A stretch of 41,665 nt of DNA from an uncultured Rickettsiales bacterium (GTDB lineage: Bacteria; Pseudomonadota; Alphaproteobacteria; Rickettsiales; UBA1997), in assembly GCA_937927795.1 (NCBI GenBank), contig CALBSF010000204.1, positions 1 to 41,665 on the forward strand, in the 5' to 3' direction. The notes beneath the pieces were generated by a model. That model worked only from the letters and a program-made list of their open reading frames with translations, was not told the DNA's origin and did no database searches. The translations under genes and the position numbers were made by a program. This document shows positions 34,810 to 41,665 of this stretch, piece by piece; position 1 is the stretch's first letter; each line of letters begins with the position of its first letter.

Positions 34810-35283
34810 ATGAAGAATTATGAAGTAAGCGCCCCTTTTATCAGCTTTGGCATCGGAATTGTTTTAAAACTTTCCGAGAGCCAAGCAGATATTCGCTCTC
34901 AATCTTTGAGCAGAAAAAAGAATGATCTTTTTGAAGTGATTGAACCTGTGCAATTCAAACAAGGCGAAAAAATTTCTGCCGATCCTGCACAACTAACCAA
35001 ATCAATTCTCGAAAGATTATCTGAGATTTCTGACAAAAAAACTGACGGCGGCAAACCTGATGCCCCAACCGAATATCCCTGCATCCAGCATGTGAGCTTT
35101 GGCAAATATAATGTATTTGATGCAGAGAAAAATTTATTAACTCCAAAACCAATTAAAAAAGATGAAGCTGAAAAAATATTTACGGAACTTTCGAAGAAAA
35201 CTGATTCTGATAACGACTCCAACAAAGACGAAAAAAACTCAGAGACAAAACAATCTGAGAATGATCCAAAGCATGATGCTTAA
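34810..35283 (+). CDS. Hypothetical head-module protein with an acidic/Lys-rich low-complexity tail
   Basis: GGGAGG SD and a clean ORF. No motif. Confidence 0.55.
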   Translation: MKNYEVSAPFISFGIGIVLKLSESQADIRSQSLSRKKNDLFEVIEPVQFKQGEKISADPAQLTKSILERLSEISDKKTDGGKPDAPTEYPCIQHVSFGKYNVFDAEKNLLTPKPIKKDEAEKIFTELSKKTDSDNDSNKDEKNSETKQSENDPKHDA

Positions 35284-35292
35284 AGAAGATTT

Positions 35293-35634
35293 ATGTTAGA
35301 TTTCGACAACTTCATCAATAAGCCATGCGTTGAAATTTTTGGCCGCGTTGCAACTTACATTCCGGCGAATAACGATTTCGATTCTTTCACAATTAAGGGT
35401 GATTTCCACAAGGATTACAAAGGCATAAAAGCTGATTCTTCTGAGGTAGAAATTAGCTCTAACGAAATCGTTTTATTCGTCCGTGATGTTTCGATGCCGC
35501 CAAGTTATTCAAAAGCAAATCAAGGTGATTTTGTTGAAGTAGAAAATACCAGATACCAAATCATCGACATTCAGCAACACTTACCAGGCAGCAAAAAATT
35601 AGTCCTTCATGAGTCATCCGAGAACAGCGATTAG
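35293..35634 (+). CDS. Putative head-tail adaptor/joining protein
   Basis: The call rests on size, position and the C-terminal 'GDFVEVENTRYQIIDI', which is reminiscent of head-tail joining proteins. Weak. Confidence 0.4.
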   Translation: MLDFDNFINKPCVEIFGRVATYIPANNDFDSFTIKGDFHKDYKGIKADSSEVEISSNEIVLFVRDVSMPPSYSKANQGDFVEVENTRYQIIDIQQHLPGSKKLVLHESSENSD

Positions 35635-36109
35635 ACAGGCTTTAGTTGATAAACTAAAAACCAAAATCGGAGATGATTTTCCAACTGACGCTTTAGATCG
35701 AATTTATGGCAGCAGAGCCAAACCATTATTTGACCAGTTTCTGCCAGCAATTCTGATCTATTCTAGAAACGAAAATATCATTGAAGAAAGATTTGCGAGC
35801 GATGGATATGGCGCAAGCAAGCGCGAGCTTGAAGTTGCGATTGAAGCTGTGGTGCTTGGTAATGAGCAAGTTGATGATGCGCTCGATAAAATTTCTAAAC
35901 AGATTGAAGACGCGCTTGATGGCTTCGAGATGGCAAACAGAAAAGCTGATGTTTTGCAGTTAAAATCAACAGAAATGGATGTGTCGATTGAAGGCAGCAA
36001 AATCTATGGCGCTGCCCGCCTAACATATTCAGTAACTTACTACACAAGCAACCAACAGCCTGATAATTCAGGCACAATACCAACTGAAATTGAGGCAAAT
36101 TTCCCATGA
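35609..36109 (+). CDS. Putative neck / tail-completion protein
   Basis: The call rests on position, plus the N-terminal 'RTAIRQALVDKLKTKIG...LPAILIY' as in DUF3168/gpU-like connector proteins. Weak. Confidence 0.4.
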   Translation: MSHPRTAIRQALVDKLKTKIGDDFPTDALDRIYGSRAKPLFDQFLPAILIYSRNENIIEERFASDGYGASKRELEVAIEAVVLGNEQVDDALDKISKQIEDALDGFEMANRKADVLQLKSTEMDVSIEGSKIYGAARLTYSVTYYTSNQQPDNSGTIPTEIEANFP

Positions 36110-36330
36110 GCAATACAATAAAAATTCAAATCATCAGCGACTATCAAGACTACAAAAAAGGACAGATTGTCGAGCTTGATGAAAAAGCAGCGATAACATT
36201 GCTGACCAACGGCAAGGCTTTAAAAATTCACCGCAAAAAAGATGATGTCGCAGCAGAAAAAACAGAAGAAAATTCTGAAGAAAAAACCACCGAAAAAGAG
36301 AACAAAAAATCCAAGAAAAATGATCAATGA
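36106..36330 (+). CDS. Hypothetical small protein with a Lys/Glu-rich tail
   Basis: ATGA-coupled at both ends within the structural operon. Confidence 0.5.
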   Translation: MSNTIKIQIISDYQDYKKGQIVELDEKAAITLLTNGKALKIHRKKDDVAAEKTEENSEEKTTEKENKKSKKNDQ

Positions 36331-36899
36331 ACTTCGATGAAAAAGACGGATTTAATTTAAACGATCTTGCACGAAGACTAGCAAATATCATTCGCTTGGG
36401 ACAGATATTTGCTATCAATTATGAAACAGCAAAAGCGCGAGTAAAAATCGGTGATCTCGAAACCGATTGGTTGCCCTGGATTACTTCAAACAGCGGCAAC
36501 AACAAAGACTGGAATCCTCCTGAAATTGATGAGCAAGTGATGATTTTATCTGCTTGCGGAGAGTTAAATCAGGGGGTGATTTTTCCATCACTTTATCGAG
36601 GGAACGCTCCTGAAAATTCCGGCAATATTCAAAGCATTACTTTTGCCGATGGTTCGAAAATTTCTTTCGATCGTGCCAGTGGAAATTTGACTCTCGATAT
36701 CAAAGGCAGCGCCAATATCAAAGTTGCAGGAAATGCACAAATTGAAGCCGCAAATATAACTCTAAAAGGAAATGTTGATCTTGGTGGCAGCGGTGGAAAT
36801 GCGGTCGCCAGAGTTGGCGATAAAGTAAAAATTGATTCAGGTTCTTCTGCTGGTGAGTGGCCGATCATTGGTGGATCAAGCAAAGTGAAAGCAACATGA
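36327..36899 (+). CDS. Baseplate assembly protein V (P2 gpV-like spike)
   Basis: 'RLGQIFAINYETAKARVKIGDLETDWLPWIT...DEQVMILSACGELNQGVIF' is the gpV OB-fold pattern. The C-terminal region is beta-helix-like. Confidence 0.85.
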   Translation: MNFDEKDGFNLNDLARRLANIIRLGQIFAINYETAKARVKIGDLETDWLPWITSNSGNNKDWNPPEIDEQVMILSACGELNQGVIFPSLYRGNAPENSGNIQSITFADGSKISFDRASGNLTLDIKGSANIKVAGNAQIEAANITLKGNVDLGGSGGNAVARVGDKVKIDSGSSAGEWPIIGGSSKVKAT

Positions 36900-37231
36900 A
36901 TGTAAATACCGGAAAAACAATTTCAGAAATTACTCACATCAAGCAGTCGATTGCAAACATTCTGACCACACCGATTGGCTCAAGAATTATGCGCCGCGAT
37001 TATGGTTCACGGCTTTTTGAAAGAATTGATCAGCCAATAAATGGAGATCTGATTGCAGAAATTTATTCTGATGTTGTCGAGGCACTCTTCACTTGGGAGC
37101 CTCGTTTTGAAGTTGAGCAAGTCACTGTTCAAAGCATTGAGAAAGGTAAAATTACAATCGATCTTGAAGGCAGTTATGTAAAAGACGGACAAAAAATAGT
37201 TTTAGAAAATATTTCTATCAGCAGCAGATAA
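36896..37231 (+). CDS. Baseplate protein W (GPW/gp25 family)
   Basis: I chose the start at ATG 36896, overlapping the gpV stop. 'IKQSIANILTTPIGSRIMRRDYGSRLFERIDQPIN' is the gp25/gpW signature. Confidence 0.85.
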   Translation: MNVNTGKTISEITHIKQSIANILTTPIGSRIMRRDYGSRLFERIDQPINGDLIAEIYSDVVEALFTWEPRFEVEQVTVQSIEKGKITIDLEGSYVKDGQKIVLENISISSR

Positions 37232-38079
37232 TGGGCAATTTTACCGCAATAGATTTATCAAAATTACCGGCACCGAAAGTAATTGAAGAGCTAAGTTATG
37301 AGACAATTTTTCAGGACATCTTAAGTGATTTTCTGACAAAAAATCCGAATTACTCAACATTGCTCGAAAGTGATCCGGCGATGATTCTGCTGGAGGTTTG
37401 TGCTTATCGTGAATTGCTTCTTCGCAATCGCATTAATGAAGCCGCAAAGGCAACAATGCTCGCTTATGCAACTGGAAGCGACCTAGAAAATTTAGGTGCT
37501 CCTCTTGGTGTGCAAAAACTTGAAGGTGAAACTGATGATCAGTTAAGGCAAAGAATCCAGCTTGCGCCAGAAGCATTCACCAATGCTGGATCAATTGGCG
37601 CTTACACCTTTCATGCACTTTCTGCATCAAGCGACATCAAATCAGTTTCGGTTAAGAGTCCGAATCCTGGTGAAGTTTTGGTGACAATTCTTTCTAAAAC
37701 CGGAAATGGGGTTGCCTCGGAAGAGTTGATTGATGCCGTTTTAGAAAAATTAAGTGAAGAAGATGTCAGACCACTCACAGATCAAGTTTCAGTGCAAAGC
37801 GCTGAGATCGTCAATTATTCTGTTGAAGCAGTAATCACAGTTTACTCTGGGCCATCTTCATCAGTCGTTGAAACCGAAGCACGAGCAGCTCTTGATAAAT
37901 TTTTAGATGAAAGACACGCAATTGAAAAGCTAGTTGCAGTGTCAGGAATTTATGACGCTCTTCATGTTGATGGCGTAAAGAAAGTTCAGCTTATTCATCC
38001 AACATCCGATGTTGTAACAACCGATGAACAAGCAGCTTATTGCAACAGCAAAACAATCTCGATCGTAGTTGATGAGTGA
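37231..38079 (+). CDS. Baseplate protein J (P2 gpJ-like)
   Basis: 282 aa in canonical order after gpW, with gpJ-like blocks ('ESDPAMILLEVCAYRELLLRNRINEAAKA'). Confidence 0.85.
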   Translation: MGNFTAIDLSKLPAPKVIEELSYETIFQDILSDFLTKNPNYSTLLESDPAMILLEVCAYRELLLRNRINEAAKATMLAYATGSDLENLGAPLGVQKLEGETDDQLRQRIQLAPEAFTNAGSIGAYTFHALSASSDIKSVSVKSPNPGEVLVTILSKTGNGVASEELIDAVLEKLSEEDVRPLTDQVSVQSAEIVNYSVEAVITVYSGPSSSVVETEARAALDKFLDERHAIEKLVAVSGIYDALHVDGVKKVQLIHPTSDVVTTDEQAAYCNSKTISIVVDE

Positions 38080-38716
38080 CGAAATTAATCAATCTTTATT
38101 GCCGCCAAATGCGAGCACTTTACTTAGAGATTTAGAAGAAATATTTGGTGATTCTTTTGATCTGCCAACGCTAAATCGCTATGTGGTAAATCCCGATCTT
38201 GCACCAGCACATATTCTGCCATGGCTTGCTTGGGCTTTATCAGTCGATGATTGGAGTGATGCCTGGCCAGAGCAAATTCGCAGGAATGTAATCAAAGCAA
38301 GCGTTGAGGTTCATAGAAAAAAAGGAACTATTGGCGCTCTCAAAAAAGCGCTGCAGGCTTTCAACTACACCAATGTCAAAGTTGAAGAATGGTTTGAGTA
38401 TGGCGCAGACCCTTATTTTTTCAGAGTATTTTTTGATGTAAACGAACCTGGCTTTGATGTTAACATTTTGCCACAAGTTCAAAAGGTCATAGAAAGCACC
38501 AAGAACGCAAGATCGCATCTTGAAAGCCTGAGAGCTTATCTTTCAGCAGAAATGGGCTTGGTAAGCATTGGAAGCCTTATTATTTCAAAAGAAGTTACAT
38601 CACTTAATCCCGTGATTTTCGATCACGATGATGAACTAGAAAACGAATCACCCGCACCAACTTTGGGAGCATTTTTTATCACTAAAGAGATTACCACGAT
38701 TTATCCTCTAACATGA
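38072..38716 (+). CDS. Tail protein I (P2 gpI-like)
   Basis: 'LLPPNASTLLRDLEE...HILPWLAWALSVDDWSDAWPEQIRRNVIKASVEVHRKKGT' is the gpI signature. I prefer ATG 38072. Confidence 0.85.
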   Translation: MSDEINQSLLPPNASTLLRDLEEIFGDSFDLPTLNRYVVNPDLAPAHILPWLAWALSVDDWSDAWPEQIRRNVIKASVEVHRKKGTIGALKKALQAFNYTNVKVEEWFEYGADPYFFRVFFDVNEPGFDVNILPQVQKVIESTKNARSHLESLRAYLSAEMGLVSIGSLIISKEVTSLNPVIFDHDDELENESPAPTLGAFFITKEITTIYPLT

Positions 38717-40425
38717 CGCAACAATACTACAGCCTTATTACCAATAATGGTCTGTTGAAAGAAGCGGCGGCAAATGCACCAGGAGGATCGGCAATTGATT
38801 TAACTCATATTGCGGTTGGTGATGCAAACGGAACAAGTTACAATCCAAACGGCGCACAAACTGCTCTGATACATGAAGTTTATCGCACAACTTTAACTCA
38901 TGTTGCAATTGATGAAGCCAATTCAAATCAGCTAATTGTTGAGGGAGTCATCAACGAAGAGATTGGTTCTTTTTATATCAGAGAAGTTGGAATTTTTGAT
39001 TCTGACGGACATCTTTTTGCCATTGGAAAATATCCGGAAACTTACAAATCTGCATCATCAACTGGCTCAGGAAAAAGACTTTATATCAGGATGATTTTGG
39101 GGTTTACCAATTCTCCTCAAGTCAATCTGGTTCAGTCAGAAGATTTAAATAATGATCCGAATTTCAATGCTAATGTCATAAGTGCGATTGCCACAATCAA
39201 TGCTGCTTTAGCACAAAAACTTGCAAAAGCACAAAACCTTGCTGACGTTGAGGATGATGCGCAAGCCAGAGCAAATATTGGTTTAGAGATAGGAGTTAAT
39301 GTTCAGGCTTTTGCTGCGAATTTAGCTGCACTTGCCGGACTAACTGGTGCTGCAAAAAAAATTCCCTACTTTACTGGTTCTGGACAGATGGGTGTTGCTG
39401 ACCTGTTTTCAAATAAAAATGCGGTCATCAATGGCGACTTTAACATTTGGCAAAGAGGAGTCTCTTTTGTAAGTGTTGTTGATCAGCAATACACTGCTGA
39501 CAGATGGCTTTATGCAAAAAGTGGTGCAATGGTTCATGACATCAGCAGATCAACTGATGTTCCAACTGTAGCACAAGCAGGAAGAGTTTTTAATTATTCA
39601 CTGCTGATTGATTGCCAAACGATCGACAGCTCAATTTCTGCAACTGATTTTTGTGTAATTGAGCAACGGATCGAAGGATATAATTTTTTACCAATCGCAC
39701 AAAGACCGCTGACTCTTTCCTTTTGGGTTAAGGCAACCAAAATCGGCATACATTGTGCTTACATAAAAAATACAGGTGGCGACAAAGCCTATGTTGCAGA
39801 GTTTACAATTAACGCTTCTGACACTTGGGAATTTAAAACTATAAACTTTCCTGCAACACCATCAGCAGGAACATGGAATTATACTAACGGCATCGGACTT
39901 TTTGTTGGCTTCACTCTTGCTTGTGGTTCAAATCTTCAAACTATAGCTGGAGCATGGCAAAATAATGGCGCCATTGGAAGTTCTAATCAGGTTAACGCAT
40001 GCGACAGTGCTTCAAATAATTTCAGAATATGCGGTGTTCAGTTGGAGAGTGGATCAATTGCTACAGATTTTGAACAAAGATCAATAAATCATGAGCTAAC
40101 ACTTTGTCAAAGGTATTACGAGAAAAGCTATAATTTTGCGGTTAATCCTGGAGCAATAACTGCGGAAGGTTCTTATGTTTACACTGGTCAAAATGCTCAA
40201 ACTGGCCATAGTACCTTTAAATTTTCAGTTCCAAAAAGGTCGGTTCCATCAATTTCAATTTATAGCCCAAATACAGGCTCTGCAGGCAAAATATTATTTG
40301 CAGGAGCTGATATAAATGCCACCGTTGTAAATCCAGGAGAAATGTGTTCTTCCGTTAGGCCGTCAAGTGTTTTTGGAACTATTTCGGAAGCTGTCTATCA
40401 TTGGGTTTCTATTGCAGAGTTATAG
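38713..40425 (+). CDS. Tail fibre protein 1
   Basis: The N-terminus 'QQYYSLITNNGLLKEAAANAPGGSAIDLTHIAVGDANG...FYIREVGIFDSDGHLFAIGKYPETYK' is P2 gpH-type. The C-terminal receptor-binding region is distinct. Confidence 0.88.
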   Translation: MTQQYYSLITNNGLLKEAAANAPGGSAIDLTHIAVGDANGTSYNPNGAQTALIHEVYRTTLTHVAIDEANSNQLIVEGVINEEIGSFYIREVGIFDSDGHLFAIGKYPETYKSASSTGSGKRLYIRMILGFTNSPQVNLVQSEDLNNDPNFNANVISAIATINAALAQKLAKAQNLADVEDDAQARANIGLEIGVNVQAFAANLAALAGLTGAAKKIPYFTGSGQMGVADLFSNKNAVINGDFNIWQRGVSFVSVVDQQYTADRWLYAKSGAMVHDISRSTDVPTVAQAGRVFNYSLLIDCQTIDSSISATDFCVIEQRIEGYNFLPIAQRPLTLSFWVKATKIGIHCAYIKNTGGDKAYVAEFTINASDTWEFKTINFPATPSAGTWNYTNGIGLFVGFTLACGSNLQTIAGAWQNNGAIGSSNQVNACDSASNNFRICGVQLESGSIATDFEQRSINHELTLCQRYYEKSYNFAVNPGAITAEGSYVYTGQNAQTGHSTFKFSVPKRSVPSISIYSPNTGSAGKILFAGADINATVVNPGEMCSSVRPSSVFGTISEAVYHWVSIAEL

Positions 40426-40450
40426 AAATAGATCATGCCGCAAATAAAAA

Positions 40451-41665
40451 ATGACTCAACAATACTACAGTATTATCACAAATATAGGCTTGCTAAAAAA
40501 CGCTGCGGCAAATGCTCCTGGCGGTTCTCTTGTAAATCTTACGCATCTTGCAGTTGGTGATGCGTCATACAATCCAACAGGGTCTGCAACAGCTTTACAA
40601 AATGAAAGATATCGCACGACACTTACCCATGTTGTAATTGACGAAAATAACCCGAACCAACTTATTGTTGAAGCTGTAATCAATGAAACCGTCGGACCAT
40701 TTTACATTCGTGAAGTAGGAATTTTTGATTCCGCAGGAACTTTATTTGCGATTGGTAAATACCCCGAAACATTCAAACCAGATTTACCAGCTGGATCAGG
40801 AAAGCGTCTTTATATCAGAATGATTCTTGGTTTTGCCAGCTCACCAAATGTTGAGTTGGTAATTTCTAGCGACATCAATAATGATCCGAATTTTTCGACT
40901 GATGTAAACAATGCTCTAGCACAGCGTCTTGTTAAAACTCAGAACTTATCTGATTTAAGCGACCTTGCAGCAGCAAGAAATAACCTACAAATTTACAGTA
41001 AAACTGAAATCAAAAACCTGCTAAAAAAGAATTACCTCATCAATGGCAATTTTGATTTTTGGCAACGCGGTTCAACCACAACTACTAACGGCGTTTATCT
41101 TGCTGACAGGTTTGTTGGCTATAATGGCGATGGAGCAAGAACATATTCACGCGGAAGTTTTACTATTGGACAAACTGATGTTCCAAATAATCCGAAATAT
41201 TACTTAAGGCATCAACAAACTACACCCGCTTCAGCTTCAAGCCCTTCTATTCATCAAAGAATTGAAGAAGTCAGAACTCTATCAGGACAAAAAGCAACTT
41301 TGTCATTTTATGCCAAGGTTGCCAGCGGAACTCTGGCGGTAATTCCAAGATTCACACAAAACTTTAGTTCTGGAGGAAGCGCGGCCGTAACAGTTGATGG
41401 CGCTACTGTCACTCTTAACACCTCATGGCAGAGATTTGAGGTTACAGTTGATATTCCATCAATCAGCGGAAAAACAGTTGGCAGCAACAACAATCTGGCA
41501 CTGATCTTTGTTCTTCCTACGGGAGTGACATTTGATTTCAACCTGGCTCAGGTGCAGTTAGAAAAAGGTTCTATCGCCACTGATTTTCAGTTTCGGCATA
41601 TCACTGAAGAGCTGGTTTTGTGCCAAAGATATTTCCAAAAATCTTATCCGGCAGATGTCGATCCA
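40451..41665 (+). CDS. Tail fibre protein 2 (paralogue, 3'-truncated by the window edge)
   Basis: It is not in the ORF track because no stop falls within the window. ATG 40451 is followed by 405 open codons. The N-terminal ~150 aa closely parallel fibre 1 (MTQQYYSIITNIGLLKNAAANAPGGS...FYIREVGIFDSAGTLFAIGKYPETFK). The C-terminal part diverges. Confidence 0.85.
   Translation, partial: MTQQYYSIITNIGLLKNAAANAPGGSLVNLTHLAVGDASYNPTGSATALQNERYRTTLTHVVIDENNPNQLIVEAVINETVGPFYIREVGIFDSAGTLFAIGKYPETFKPDLPAGSGKRLYIRMILGFASSPNVELVISSDINNDPNFSTDVNNALAQRLVKTQNLSDLSDLAAARNNLQIYSKTEIKNLLKKNYLINGNFDFWQRGSTTTTNGVYLADRFVGYNGDGARTYSRGSFTIGQTDVPNNPKYYLRHQQTTPASASSPSIHQRIEEVRTLSGQKATLSFYAKVASGTLAVIPRFTQNFSSGGSAAVTVDGATVTLNTSWQRFEVTVDIPSISGKTVGSNNNLALIFVLPTGVTFDFNLAQVQLEKGSIATDFQFRHITEELVLCQRYFQKSYPADVDP

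Larger units (their letters stand above)
9770..41665. mobile_element. Prophage arm, from the serine-recombinase end through replication, methylase, packaging, head, baseplate and tail-fibre genes; right end outside the window
   Basis: Contiguous phage gene content, listed individually in the other features. The recombinase operon faces outward at the left end. attL should lie somewhere in 9356-9769 but cannot be identified without the other end. Confidence 0.85.

Overview
AT-rich bacterial chromosomal window with two parts. (1) 1-9355 is the 3' portion of a two-partner-secretion / contact-dependent-inhibition (CDI) locus. It holds a giant FhaB/CdiA-like exoprotein whose start lies outside the window, a translationally coupled 93-aa immunity-like ORF, an RDD-type membrane protein and a ShlB/FhaC-type TpsB transporter, so the order is A-I-O-B (Burkholderia bcpAIOB-like). 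(2) From about 9.7 kb to the window end is one arm of a tailed prophage whose right end is outside the window. In order it carries: a minus-strand large-serine-recombinase operon (small ORF, DUF2924, recombinase, HTH protein); two unknown overlapping genes; and an AlpA-like HTH gene. Next come a recombination/replication module (AAA_24/Sak4-like ATPase, DUF669, SF2 helicase, Cas4-like PD-(D/E)XK nuclease, Toprim primase fused to a P-loop helicase, an iteron array and a RuvC-like resolvase), two orphan DNA methyltransferases, and a small antisense two-gene island. The remainder is a lambda-like packaging/head module (TerS, GpA TerL, gpW, portal, S49 protease/scaffold, decoration protein, gpT-like capsid), a P2-like baseplate (gpV, gpW, gpJ, gpI) and two tandem tail-fibre genes. 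This lambda-head plus P2-baseplate plus serine-recombinase plus ParB-methylase layout resembles WO-type phages of intracellular alphaproteobacteria; that is inference only. I found no rRNA, tRNA or CRISPR array. The most unusual signal is the cytosine-5 methyltransferase locus (24148-25548). Two same-strand reading frames are both open for about 1.4 kb, and both carry recognisable protein motifs. An array of GGTGCGCA repeats sits immediately upstream of it. Other items worth a second look are the unknown two-gene module 12490-14612, a 45-nt CCTCC-rich polypyrimidine tract, the putative phage origin, the uncharacterised CdiA-CT/immunity pair with an RDD protein in the bcpO position, and an antisense island with duplicated promoters.
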